Source: Chiloscyllium plagiosum
Lineage: Eukaryota
Direction of reading: 5' to 3'
Assembly (NCBI RefSeq): GCF_004010195.1
Contig: NC_057717.1
Coordinates: forward strand, 56,493,126 to 56,557,125
Length of the DNA stretch: 64,000 bases
A program made the translations under genes and the position numbers. Positions 24,800-37,859 of this stretch are shown here, piece by piece. A model generated the notes under the pieces. It was given only the letters and a program-made list of their open reading frames with translations. It was not told where the DNA came from and did no database searches. The first letter of the stretch is position 1, and each line of letters opens with the position of its first letter.

Positions 24800-27650
24800 G
24801 TGTGCAGCTGTATCCCTCTCTGGTTCAAGAGCTGCTTCCTGTCCTGCTTGGTCGTTCTTCTGGGGAGATGGAGGGCTTTGACAGCTGACCTGCTCCTCGC
24901 AAGACCAGGAATGGTCCTTTTCACCGAGGCGGCAAACTATTTAGGCAGTGACTGCGTCAATACATAATCGCAGTTTTAAATTGTTGAAGTGATTCCTGAT
25001 GTGTTGTGGGCACCAAATCATGGTTTAATGTGATCATTCTACTAAGGGCTTGAACGTAATCTAAGACAGCTTCCTGCATTAAGATCAGCGCCGTGTCAGT
25101 GGATAGATTTGTGGGTCTGATGGCTGTGGGCATGGGTCGTCCCATTAGTACGTCACGTCGTTCGGTTTACCTGTCCTCTTATCGTTACAGCGCCAGTGGC
25201 AGAGCGTCTGACCAAGTCAGTCCTGTGTCCTGAATGATTTTTCTGAGGATGGTTTTGAAGGTGCCTTTCATTCTTTCCACCATTCCTGATGACTGGTGCC
25301 AGTAGGGGATATGGTGTCTCCAGGGTATTCCTATGGCTTCACTTACTGTCGTAAAAACTTTCGCAGTGAAATGGGTCCCTCTGTTTCGGAGGCCAGCTGG
25401 CAAAATCAATATGAAGGTGCGTGAATGGCCCCCAGGAACTGGTAGGAGGTCATGTTTGGTTTGTTCTGTACACAGATGAGATATTGTGACAGCAGTGCTT
25501 GGGCAACTGCAGGGAATCCCGGTGCATATCCAGAACGGCTGACAGCATGTATCATACCTCTCTTGCCTGTGTGTCCGAATTCATGTGCCATCTGCGCTAG
25601 TAAGTGTAACTGGGCTTACGGTGAGATAAAGCAGCCATCAGAGTGGATAAGTACATAAACGGAGGGTGTGTGCACGGCCCCAATGCGGGCCCAAGTGGCC
25701 CTCTCTTCTTGTGGGGAAGTTTGCTGAGCAGCTCTGACTGCATCGAGTGAATCAGTACTCTCCGAGGTTTTGCCACCCTACGGTTCTGCAGCACATATGT
25801 GGCCGGATGTCGTTCAGCTTCCCGGGTTACTACATCAGCTGCGGCATTTCCTTGGGTGATAGGATCAGTAGCAGAGGTGTGGGCAGCACATTTTATAACT
25901 GTTACAGCAGAGGGTAGCAGGACTGCTTCTCGGAGGTTGGCGATGACTGCAGCATGCTGGTGTGGTCTCCCTGCCAAGGTGATGAATCCTCTGCTTCCAT
26001 ATTGTGCCAAAATCGTGAACGATGACAAAGGCATACTTTGGAGTATGTGTAAATGTTGGCTATGCTACACTTTGCCCAAATGCAGGCTCCGGTGAGAGCG
26101 AAGAGTTATCCAACCTGTGCAAACACACTGTCTAGTAATGCAGCTGGTTCGAGGGTGGTGTGTCAAGGGTGCAGAATGCATACCCTGCTAATGTGCATTA
26201 GTATCATGGCCGGAAGGAAGAGTTGCCAGTAAAAAGTATCAGGTCAGAATTTTCTGGTGGCATTTCGGACAAGTCAGGACGTTGGGTAATGAGGTCTCTT
26301 AAGTGTCAATGTCGTCTGCAACATCGTGCTGGGTGAGCGGGAGTAGGGGTTCAAGGCTGGGGCATGCTGGAGTGAGACGTTTGCCTCAGATCGCAAAGCA
26401 AACTCGTAGCCAGTTCTCCGAGTTGTAGCAAAATGTTGAGTTGCTGATCAATTGAGCAACAGGGAGACTGAATGTGGTACCTAAACATGACACTAGTGAT
26501 CGAGCACATTGGGGATAGACATTTTGAAGGTTACTCCAGCTGCTGCAAATGCGCGCAAACATACCAACATTCCCCTCACATCAGGTGATAAATGTACAGA
26601 ATAAAAGGCAGCAGGGCAACCGAGATCCCCATGAAGTTGCATTAAAAAAGCAGCTTCATGAACCCTTCTGATTTGGTTACATAAAGATTGAAGGGCTGTG
26701 ATACATTTTGGCCTTCTGGAGCAGGAGCAGAGATTAGTCGTCTCTTCAGTGAATGCCCATTCCATTCTGGGCGTCCACTTCAACTTGGCTGGCTGTTTAT
26801 GGGAAGCTGCATCCTGCAGGGGTGCATCAATGACATGGCGATCAGGGATCCAGCATCTGCAGTAGTTTACCATTCCCTGAAAAGCATGCACCTTGTGGCA
26901 GGTGAGAGAAGTTGGGTGACGGCTGCCACCCGCTCCTTGGATAGTGCTCTAACGCTATGTGAAAGGTCATACCCCAGGTATTGGACGTTTTGCTGACAGA
27001 GCTGCATTTTCTAGATAGATATCCTGTTCCAGACAGCGGAGCTAGGCCACTATATCCTTTACGCATGCAATAGCAGAGGCGGAAGGCAATAGTAGGTCAT
27101 CTGCAAACTGCAGGTGGAGGGTGGACAGGGTGCGGTGTATCGCAGCGTCAAAAACAGCGGGCATCTCCACATACCCTTGGGAACTCTGGATCAATGTCTG
27201 TTGGCAGCAGTTGTATGTAAAAGCAAAAAATATTGCTTTTCAGGGGACAATTTAATCGAGAAAAAAGTACTGAGCATAGGTAGATTACAGCGAAGCAAGT
27301 GGCAGATGTGCAGATATTGGTCAAGCTCGCATTTGTGTCCAGGATCACTGATGAGCAGGGAACGTCAATGGCATTAACAACAGTAAGATCTTGAGCAAAG
27401 TGCCATTTTTCAGATCTCACGGGCTTTGGGCGGGGTGTGTTGCACGGGCAGGTAGTGGGCACGCTGATTCCCTGTTGCCGATGTGACTCAATAACTGGTT
27501 TGATCGTCTTTACTGTAGCAGGTGATTGTATTGATGGTACTCCGTTCCCTGGCTGAGTCTAACTGTATGCGGTTGTGCGGACAGTATCTGATTTGCGCGG
27601 TTCGAGTGCTGTGCCCACAGTGAACTTGGAAAATCCGCTAACAAGAGGAG
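24800..27650 (-). pseudogene. pol: ERV pol: RT, RNase H and integrase (gamma/epsilon-like)
   Basis: LLADFPSSLWAQ; WHFAQDLTVVN; RVPQG; QFADDLLL; GMVNYCRCWIPD; VIKCAAHT..GNAAAD; HFTAKV..HIPYWHQSSGMVERMKGT..WSDALPLAL. Confidence 0.92.
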
Positions 27651-27916
27651 ACTCTCGTACAATTGGGCAGTGCCTGGGTTCCGTTTTTAAAAAGATAGCT
27701 TGTAGTAATGGGGGAGCGGAGGATGCACAGAACTCATCTTGTCCAAACTGTGCTTAGTGGTCTGTATCTTACCCAAGGGGTGTGAAATGTAATGATGATT
27801 ACTCAGGTTGCACTATCATGCTTGCTAGATCTTGTGGGAGTCATGGCCCCTTAACAATAAGGAAAATGTGTAGAAACGGCATTGGTCGTTCCAGACTAGC
27901 ACAGTCTGCTCTGTTT

Positions 27917-28070
27917 TAGATTAGATTAGATTAGATTACTTACAGTGTGGAAACAGGCCCTTCGGCCCAACAAGTCCATACCGACCCGCCGAAGCGTAAC
28001 CCACCCATTCCCGTACATTTACCCCTTTACCTAACACTACAGGCAATTTACCATGGCCAATTCACCTGAT
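27917..28070 (-). mobile_element. 5'-truncated HE1-type SINE
   Basis: (ttaga)n tail and body like 23455; TGTTTT on both flanks. Confidence 0.88.
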
Positions 28071-28179
28071 GTTTTGTGTTGCACTTCTGCTGCAACACCG
28101 TGAGGTCCGACAAATTACCTCCCAGTGATCGTTAGTGGGGAGGTGAGTTCGAGATATGAATCCGTGAGTGCAGCATTTG

Positions 28180-30280
28180 ACAATAGACAATAGACAATAG
28201 GTGCAGGAGTAGGCCATTCTGCCCTTCGAGCCTGCACCACCATTCAATATGATCATGGCTGATAATCCTTAATCAGTATCCTGTTCCTGCCTTATCTCCA
28301 TAACCCTTGATTGCACTATCCTTGAGGGGTCTATCCAACTCTTTCTCAAATGAATCCAGAGACTGGGCCTCCACTGCCCTCTGGGGCAGAGCATTCCACA
28401 CAGCCACCACTCTCTGGGTGAAGACGTTTCTCCTCATCTCTGTCCTAAATGGTCTACCCCGCATTTTTAAGCTGTGTCTTTGGTTCGGCACTCACCCATC
28501 AGCGGAAACTTGTTTCATGCCTCCAGAGTGCCCAATCTTTTAATAATCTTATATGACACAATCAGATCCCCTCTCAGTCTTCTAAACTCAAGGCTATACA
28601 AGCCCAGTCGCTCCAGTCTTTCAGTGTAAGTTAATCCTGCCATTCCAGGAATTGACCTCGTGAACCTACGCTGCACTCCCCAATAGCCAGAATGTCTTTC
28701 CTCAAATTTGGAGACCAGAACTGCACACAGTATTCCAGGTGTGGTCTCACCAGGGCCCTGTACAGCTGCAGAAGAACCTCTTTGCTTCTATACTCAATCC
28801 CTCTTGTTATGAAGGCCAGCATGCTATTAGCCTTCTTCACTACCTGCTGACCCGCATGCTTACCTTCATTGACTGGTGTACAAGAACACCCAGATCTCTC
28901 TGTACTGCCCCTTTACCTAAATTGATTCCATTTAGGTAGTAATCTGCCTTCCTGTTCTTGCCACCAAAGTGTATAACCATACATTTGTTCACATTGAACT
29001 GCATCTGCCATGCATCTGCCCACTCACTTAACTTGTCCATGTCACCCTGTAATCTCCTAACATCCTCATCACATTTCACCCTGCCACTCAGCTTAGTATC
29101 ATCAGCAAATTTGCTAATGTTATTACTAATACCATCTTCTATATGATTAACATATATTGTAAAAAGCTGCTGTCCCAGTACTGATCCCACTGGTCACTGC
29201 CTGTCATTCTGAAATGGAGTCGTTTATCACTACTCTTTGTTTCCTCTCAGCCAAACAACTTTCAGTCCAAGTTAGTACTTTGCCCCCAATACCATGCGCC
29301 CTAATTTTGCTCACTAACCTCCCATGTGGGACTTTATCAAAAGCTTTCTGAAAGTCCAGGTACACTACATCTAATGGATCTCCCTCGTCCATATTCAGTG
29401 TTACATCCATAAAAATTTCCAGAAGATTAGTCAAGCATGATTTCCCCTTCATAAATCCATGCCTACTCAGTCCTATCTTGTTACTACTATCCATATGTGT
29501 CGTAATTTCATCCTTTATTATAGACTCCAGCATCTTTCCCACCATTGACGTCAGACTAGCTGGTCTATAACTTCCTGCTTTCTCTCTCCCACCTTTCTTA
29601 AAAAGTGGTACGTCATTAGCCATGCTCCAATCCGCAGGAACTGATCCTGAATCTATCGAACTCTGAAAAATAATCACCAACACATCCACAATTTCTCAAG
29701 CCACCTCCTTCAGGACCCTGGGATGTAGACCATCAGGCCCCGGGGACTTATCAACCTTCAGACCTAACAGTCTCTCCAACACCAATTCCTTGCAAATATA
29801 AATTCCCTTAAGTTCAGGTCCTTCAGCCACTGTTACCTCAGAGAGATTGCTTGTGTCTTCCCCAGTGAACACAGATCTGAAGTACCAATTCAATTCTTCT
29901 GCCATTCTTTGTTCCACGTAATATAATCCCTTGTTTCAGTTTTCAAGGGCCTAATTTTAGTCTTAACCATTTTTTTGCCTTTCATATACCTAAAAAAACT
30001 TTTACTATCCTCCTTTATATTATTGGCCAGTTTACGTTCGTACTTCATTTTTCCTCTGCGTATTTCCTTCTTAGTAATTCTCTGTTGTTCTTTAAAAGCT
30101 TCCCAGTCCTCCGTTTTCCCACTTATCTTTGCTATGTTATACTTTTTCTCTTTTAACTTTATATGTTTCTTAACTTCCCTCGTCAGCCACGGCCAATCAT
30201 GCCTCCTCCTAGGATCTTTCTTCCTTTTTGGAATGAACTGATCCTGCAACTTCTGGATTATACATAGAAAACACATTTGT
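28180..30280 (-). mobile_element. Relatively young 5'-truncated CR1 LINE
   Basis: Near-continuous ORF2 pieces 28273-30339 (YRPASLTS, YLDFQKAFDKVPH, SKFADDTKL, LVRPHLEYCVQFWSP); (caataga)n tail. Confidence 0.95.
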
Positions 30281-30559
30281 TGATGCCTGTTGCCGCGGGC
30301 TGGAAATTGCACAGTGAAATTGACAAAGAGACCTGTCAATATGACTCACCCAACATGAAGAATAACGCGGGGGATGCCGGTGTGGTTGATAGCTGGGAGA
30401 TGAGAGGTTGCAGAAAGGCGTGAGTACGTTCTCCGGGCACAACCAGGCAGAGCAAGTGTTTGCCTTTTCGGAGGGCTCGGGGCTGCGGGAGATGGCTGTC
30501 AACAGCATGTATTATTTTGCTTCTGGGATTTCGAGTGTGAGTCCTTGACGGGGAGCATT

Positions 30560-30830
30560 GGATGTAGGAATATAACTTGCACAGCATCTGGCGTGGCAGG
30601 AGGCCTACAGGGCAAGAGACAGAGATAATGGCAGTGTCTCGGACTATGGTGGGTCTTGTGCTGAACTGCATGATATGGGGAAGTCGCTACAACTTGTGCA
30701 TTCCCGAAAACCCCAGGGTTCAGACAGTTTTCCAGCTTGTTTTAAATTTCAGTCAGGGAGGTCTAGACGAATGGGTGGCCCTGGAGTCCAACATCCACCA
30801 TTGGATTTCCAGACGGCGTGTAGGAGACGC
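30560..30830 (-). pseudogene. pro: ERV aspartic protease
   Basis: MLDSRATHS (DTG-like motif) and SCPVGLLPRQMLCKL (LLGRD-like). Confidence 0.7.
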
Positions 30831-30879
30831 GTATTGAAACTGCCTGAAGACGTTTCCTCTTGTGACAGCTCTCGTTGGG

Positions 30880-32350
30880 TTGCTGAATACGGGAAAAGCA
30901 ATTAGTCATTGTGTTAGCAGCCTGTCGAAGTTGCCACACAGGGGCAGTGTTCTGTTCTGGTGCCCGCGGGAGATGGGGTGGTGTTTGGTCATATGGGTGA
31001 CTCTGCCTTGCTCCTGATCTACATCCCCTCACCCAATACCCCACTCTCCCGCAATTGCAACATTGCCGTCTCGGGCGTCCCTTGGGGCATTGTGGTGGCC
31101 TGTTGCTGTGTGTCCGGTGGGTTGGTCACGCAGTCTGAGGGAATATCCCTTTCTGGCTGCAAGTGGGAAGCAACTGATTTCCGTCCAGGTTGTTCCCTGT
31201 CGTTAACATGTTTCCCCATTCTGCTGTTTGCCAGGTCATGCTGTGTGATTTATATTTTTGGTCATCGGACTGCAAAATGTTGTTTACAAGAGTCTGTACT
31301 GCAAGTTGTTGGTTTTCTATAAACAAGATAGCTGAACAATCGCAAACTTCTTTGAAACGGTCAACGACGTCTGTTAGTGTTTCATCTGCTTTTTGCAGAC
31401 ACCGTGTTACAACACCAAGATCTTCGTGCTGCATTGCACTGTTTCATTTATGGCGTCTTTTACAGTATTGTTCAATTGTTCAGCCAGCACTCCCTCTGGT
31501 ACAAAGTGGAGTCCCACTCTCGGGTCGGCAGTTCTATGGCGGAACGAACAGTTCTCCAATGTGCCAGTTGCAGCAGGATCTGTGTGTCTTGGGGCAGGAA
31601 ATTATAGATGGCTGAAATTTGCACTAGCCAATTGTGGAATGCACTTGGGCTTTCTAAAAGGTCTGGGGTATTCTGCAGCATGTTCCAGAACTCTGCATGG
31701 ATCCAGAGCTTATCCATCGGAGTGCAACTGATGATTATGAGAGGGAGTGGATGGTCTGTGTTCTGTTGTTTTTGGGCAGCAGTGGCAGCTCTGCTGCGGG
31801 TAATCAGAATGGTCGGCGATGTCTGGCAGCGGTGGTAAATCGGGCCGCTCTGTATCTGCTGCGTCCTCTTGTGTGCCCTCCTGAGCCTGGGACGGGGCTA
31901 ATGCAGGCAACCCATTTTGCAGCAGATTTGATGCCGGAGGTGTTAGGGGCAGTTTGGGGCATTGATGGGCATAATGAGGCGGGCAACGACTGGGGGTTGT
32001 GGTATGGCCTTTTTAGGGTGGCTCTAGTGATGCTCATTCACGTTAGCGGGCTGGTGCTGGTTTGCAAACTCCATGAATTTTTCTGTACATTCCAGTAAAT
32101 ATGCACTGCCCGAGGAGGGGTCACCATTTCCTCCCGCAATGACTGCGGTCCAATATTAAATCTTTTCAAATTTGAAGGAACCTACAGATAGCCACTTTCC
32201 GTGGGACCAGGTGTTCAGGTCCCCACTGAAGGGGATGACATAGGGCAGTTCCCTGTTTCTTTGAGCGCTGTGCCCGCTAGACCCAGGTGCTGAAGGTACA
32301 TTTGTCTTAAAGGTAACCTATTGCCTGCCTCCTAAGCATCTATTTGTCCA
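30880..32350 (-). pseudogene. gag: ERV gag remnant
   Basis: Capsid-like ORFs 31472-31717 and 31126-31434 (CLQKADETLTDVVDRF, MHR-like), Pro-rich linker, degenerate knuckle PVWQLRQAANTMTNC. Confidence 0.75.
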
Positions 32351-32634
32351 TGATTGGCGGCCATGACCAGGTGACCTCACACGGCTAAAGCAGCAACCGG
32401 CCCGCTGGTGGTACGTCTCGGCAGAGGGTGGACATTCATAGATTATGCAGATCATACATCACAGAACAAAACAGTATATATCAGACCCTTCTGCCCTCGC
32501 TGTTGCGCCAAACTGTGAACTATTTTAATATTATCCCCCTACACTAACCCACCATCATCCATGTACTTATTCAAGAATTGTTTAAATCTGCCTGATATAG
32601 CTGAGTTAACATTGACAGGTAAAACATTCCATGC

Positions 32635-32860
32635 TGATATGGATGAGATGGAAATGTGTTGCTGGAAAAGCGCAGCAGGTCAGGCAGCATCTAAGGAACA
32701 GGAGAATCGACGTTTCGGGCATTATACCTTCTCCTGAAGAAGGGCTAATGCCCGAAACTTCGATTCTCCTGTTCCCTAGATGCTGCCTGACCTGATGCGC
32801 TTTTCCAGCAACACATTTCCACCTCTGATCTCCAGCATCTGCAGACCTCATTTTCTCCTC
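32635..32860. mobile_element. Fold-back Penelope terminal insertion with 14-bp TSD
   Basis: AAAACATTCCATGC at 32621-32634 and 32861-32874; inverted arms around ~32733. Confidence 0.88.
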
Positions 32861-34391
32861 AAAACATTCCATGCCCTTGCCACTATCTGAGTAAAGAACC
32901 TGCCTCTGACACCTGTCTTAAATCTATCACTCCTTAATTTGTAGTTATGCTCCCTCATACAAGCTAACGTCATCCTCCCAGCTAATAGACTTTGACTGTC
33001 TCCCCCAACTAAACTTCTGATCATCCTGTATGTCTCGATCAAATCCCCTCTTAGCCTATTTATTTCAAATGAGAACAGACATAAGTATCTCAGGTATTAC
33101 TCATAACAGCTTCCCTCCAGAGCAGTCGACATCCTGGTAAATCTCCTCAGAACCATTTTCAATGTTTCCACATCATTCCTGTACACAATATTCGAAGAGT
33201 GGCCGCACTAGCGTTTTGTATAGTTGCAGCATGACATGACTCAGGTCCACAATCCATCCACCTATGAAACCTAACACACCGTATGCCTTCTTAACAGCAC
33301 GATCTAACCTGGGTGGCAACATTCAGGGATCGATGTACATGGACTCCAAGATCCATCGGCACATCCACATTACCTACCATCTTTCCATTGATTTTGTACT
33401 CTGCCTTCCTGTTAATCTTCACAAAGTCAATCACCACGCATTCAGCTGCATTGCTCCTCATTTGCCACCTCTCAGCCCAATTCTGCAGGTTATCCAAGTC
33501 CCCCTATAACCTGTAACATGATTGCACACTGTCCATTACTCCAACGACTTTAATGTCATCTGCAAATTTACTAATCCATCCATCTATGCCTGTGCCTAAA
33601 TCATTTATAAATATAACAAAAACAGCATTGGTCTCAAAACTGATACTTGTGGCACATCAGAAGTAACCGAACTCCAGGCTGAATACTTTCCATTAACCAC
33701 CATTCACTGCCTCCTTTCAGAAATCCAGTTTCTAAACCAAACTGCTAAATCTAGTCAATGTTGGGAGAGTTAAAGTTCCCCATAATGACTACCCTGTTCC
33801 TTTCACTCCTACCCAGAATCATTTTGCCAATCCTTTCCTCCACTCCCCTGGAACTCTGCAGCAGCCTATAAAAGACTCCACGCAGTGTGGTCGCTCCTGT
33901 CCTGTTTCTGACCTCAGTTCATACTTCCTCAGTAGACGAGTCCTCATCAAAACTTCTTTAAGCCACCGTTATACTATTGTTTACTAACTAGGTCACACTT
34001 CACCCTCTTATACCTCCTTGCCTGTTCTTAATGAAAGATCTAATCCCTGGAACCTACAACACCCATTCCTCACCCTACTCTATCCATGTCTCCGAAATGG
34101 CCAGAACATCGAAGTCCCAGGTACCTATCCATGCTGCAAGTTCACCTACATTACTTCAGGTACTTCTGGCGTTGAAGTAGACACACTTCAAACCAGCTTG
34201 CTGTCTGTCAGCCCATTCCTGTGAGCGTGAAATCCTGTACCGGTCCTCCCCACTCTCATTCTTCTGTTTACTGCTGAGCCAGTTTAAACACACCCGAATA
34301 GCACTCGCAAGTTTCGAACCAGAATATCAGTACCCCTCTGGTTCAAGTGAAGACCGTCCTGTTTATACAGGGCCGATATTCCCCAGAATAT

Positions 34392-34982
34392 CGTTCATTA
34401 GCAGACAAATTGAATTCAAGAGTCGTGAAGTGATGTTACAGCTGTACAGGACTTTGGTTAGGCCACATTTGGAGTACTGTGTGCAGTTCTGGTCGCCTCA
34501 CTTTAGGAAAGATGTGCAAGCTTTGGAGAGGGTGCAGAGAAGATTTACCAGGATGTTGCCTGGAATGGAGAATAGGTCATACAAGGATAGGTTCAGCGTG
34601 CTAGGCCTTTTCTCATTGGAACGGAGAAGGATGAGGGGTGACTTGATAGAGGTGTATAAGATGATCAGGGGAATAGATCGAGTAGACAATCAGAAACCTT
34701 TTCCCCGGGTACAACAGAGTGTTACAAGGGGACATAAATTTAAGGTGAAGGGTGGAAGGTATAGGTGAGATGTCAGGGGTAGGTTCTTTACCCAGAGAGT
34801 GGTGGGGGCATGGAATGCGCTGCCTGTGGGAGTGGCAGAGTCAGAATCATTGGCGAACTTTAAGTAGCAATTGGATAGGTACATGGATGGGTGCTTAAGC
34901 TTGGACAAATGTTCGGCACAACATCGTGGGCCGAAGGGCCTGTTCTGTGCTGTATTGTTCGATGTTCTATGTTCTATGTTCT
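34392..34982 (+). mobile_element. Young CR1 3' end
   Basis: ORF 34430-34768 LYRTLVRPHLEYCVQFWSP..LERVQRRFTRM; (ttctatg)n tail. Confidence 0.93.
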
Positions 34983-35132
34983 AGAATGAGCCCCAATCAT
35001 CTAAGTACCTGAAACCCTCCCTCCTGCACCATCCCTGAAGCCACGTGTTGAGCTGGTATTTTTTCCATATTCTTTGCATCCGTATCACATGACACGGGTA
35101 ATAACGAGAGATAACAACTCTGTTTGTTCTCA

Positions 35133-35585
35133 GTTACAAATCACACACACCACGTTATAGTCCAATAGCTTTAACTTTCGGAGCACCGCTCCTTCATCAG
35201 GTGGTTGTGGAGTGCGCAATTGTAAGACACAGAATTTATAGCAAACGTTTACAGTGTGATGTCGCTGAAATTATAAATTGAAAAATACCTTGATTGTTTG
35301 CTGACTCTCTCATCTGTTAGAATGACCATGATAGTTGCACTTCTTTCACATGTAAATCACAAAACGTTTTTTTTTTAAAAGTGACATTCTCAGGTTAACT
35401 GGAACAATTGGTGTCAGCGCAGATAAGAAGTTGAGATGTTAAACGAGTTATCCCCCTGTGTTCCCTGTCTGTGTGATAATGTTTAGACTGATTCTCATCT
35501 AAAAAGTGATTTACCAGAGTCTTACATGGATTTTTGAGCGAAGTACAATGTAACTCTGCAAGTACAGATTCATCCCACAAACGCA
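35133..35585. mobile_element. Penelope-family 3' fragment
   Basis: Directly homologous to 61190-61655. Confidence 0.8.
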
Positions 35586-35813
35586 TGTTGGGCTGAGAGT
35601 TTACTGTGAAGGCTGTTTGGAAGTTTATTCTTTAGTCTGGGAGTAGATTAGCCATTTTTGCTTTGTATGCTAGCCTGTTTGGCTAAGACTGGGGCATTGT
35701 GGGTGTGTTCTCCATGTGCTGGCAGGCATAATCTCTGTGTTTCGAAGCATTCATTTTGTGTTTTTTTATGTGATAATGCTGTGCGTAGGCAGGGCAGCAG
35801 ATGATTCTCGCAC
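35585..35813 (-). mobile_element. ERV 5' LTR remnant (U3 portion)
   Basis: Aligns colinearly with 20290-20523 (tactgtgaaggct.tttgg; tagcc.gtttggc; tggggcatt.tgg.tgtgttct; attctc.cac). Confidence 0.75.
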
Positions 35814-37859
35814 GATATCACACTGAGTGGCATTCTTATTCCGATGCCGCATGCTTTTTTTAAACAATGTCCATCCTGGTCTCACTCCTTTTGCACTGCT
35901 TTGATCTCTGCTGCTGCACTTTTACCCATTGCCTGATGTGTTGCTGCTCCAACTCCAGCACTTTTGTTTTTCGATGATCGATTTCCCTCTTTCACACTTG
36001 CCATTGTTATCTTTTTGTGTCAAGTGTAACTATTCATCCTCCTCAAGAAACATATTAATTTTACTGATTAAACAAAGCAAATTGAATGTTGGAGATCAGA
36101 ACAAAAAAAGAAAAATGCTGCCAGAATTTAGCAGGAATGACAGTGTATGGGAGAAAGCGTGAGGAATTAGTGTTAGTGTTTCGAATCTGGCCAAATCCAT
36201 TAGAGCCATTAACTTCTGTTATTGAATGAACGGTTAACCTGTCTGAAGAGTGACAGTGGAAATATTGAATACTTCTTCTGTTTTGTATGCCAGACAATTC
36301 CTGACATTCTCATTCCAGCAGAAGGATTTTTTTATTTGGAAACTGGTTGGAAGAAAAGATAAATTACCAGAAGCAAGTGTGCTGAAGGACTATTGAGCAT
36401 GAGTTTCTCCTCATACTGAGATCAGCAGGTTTGGTTCACATCGTTTTTGAAACAGCAACGTTTCTGTGTTAACCGCTACAAAACCAAGAATAAAAGAAAA
36501 AAGTCAAGAATAATTAGAAACGCTATCAGCTCAAAGCAGTCCTGCACGGTTAAAAATCAAGAGATCCTCAACCTATTGATTTACGCACTCAGACACAAAT
36601 AGATTCGGTTTTCATATGCTGCAGGCAGTTTGCAGCCAAGCTGATTACCATTCAACAAGTCATATCGGTGTTGCTCAAATTATTTGTCTTTCCTTGAACT
36701 TTCCCTTTGGTTGAAACAGAGAGACTTGACTTTCAGCTGCTGAGGTCCTCTGGGGGACGCCAAAAAATAAAATTGTTACCGCCACCCCCACCCCCAGCAT
36801 TCTCAATAACGACGGCCTCTGTTTTGCAAAGGGAAGAAAGTTGTAATAACGCTTCACATTTTGTAATAGTAGTATCGAAGAGAGTCACGAGCAACGTAGT
36901 TATTAACTGGATATGGGAGAGGTAATGGCACTGTTGTTGTTCGGGAGTCACATGTATGCCAGCCCAGTTCAGAATAGCATTTTCCTTCCCTGAAGCATAT
37001 TCCTGTGCGGTCTGGGTTTCCCGAATAACAGATTTACATTGTGATCATCAGACTTCTATTGCCAGCTTCGTTCATGGACTCAGATGCTATCACCTGCTAT
37101 GACGTGATTTAAACCAATGATACAATAACATGATCCATCCCTCTCTATATTGGCCTAAAGGAAGACTTGAATGGAATATCTTATTATCTACAATGCGGCT
37201 AGCTCGGCTTTGTGCTTGTTCTCGGCAGTCTGGGGCGAATCATTTGACATCAAAATGAAATCTGATATTTCCCTGAGCAGGCCCAAAATCATTGTCCATC
37301 ATAAATGTGTGAATTAATTAAAAGTCGTTCCGTTCCTGTTTTCTTCATCAGTACTTATCGAATATATTTTCTCACAGAAATATTACATTTTTCTGCTCAT
37401 TGTATCCTGAAAGGTACCTTCAGAAATTCATAGTGTGTCTGTACATTCCCAATAAGCTAAGGAAGTGGCTCATCAGGATTAGAATCATGGATTCCTTTCC
37501 CTACGCTTTTGCTTATGCTATAGTTCAGCCACAACATTAGAGCGCGGTATTTCCTGGTCGTGGGCCCAGGTTTGTACACTTGGAAGGTGCGAACGCAAAT
37601 GAACTGCTCCCGCATTTCATTGTCACTTACCACACTGAGCCTTGGTACGAGTGAGTTCTGATTAAGTCATTGACGATTAAACTAAATTATGTTTTGAGCA
37701 AAACAATGTAGAAGAATAGAGAATACAGAAACTTAATCTTATCAACGGCTGTGCTGTCTTTCTTAGTGCAGTGATCATCATGACAGTGTAAGTTCTCAGA
37801 TCGAAACACGGCAGAAATAGCTATTTTATTCAAATCGTCAGCAATCCCTCAGGTCGAAT

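Larger units (their letters stand above)
27650..30560 (-). pseudogene. Extra ERV pol domain between PR and RT, 2H-phosphoesterase/CNPase-like, split by CR1 and SINE insertions
   Basis: QFHCA (30308-30322), FVGPHGVAAEVQ (28079-28114), LHIFLIV..QDLASMI (~27810-27873). Confidence 0.6.
32435..35130 (-). mobile_element. Old CR1 LINE pieces carrying nested insertions
   Basis: WAERWQMR..DLGVHVHRSLN; endonuclease and ORF1-like pieces at ~33750-34390 and 34985-35130. Confidence 0.8.

Noticed and set aside
36707-36925. Pro-rich ORF with flanking splice-like sites
   Set aside because: No recognisable homology; the poly-Pro comes from a C-rich tract
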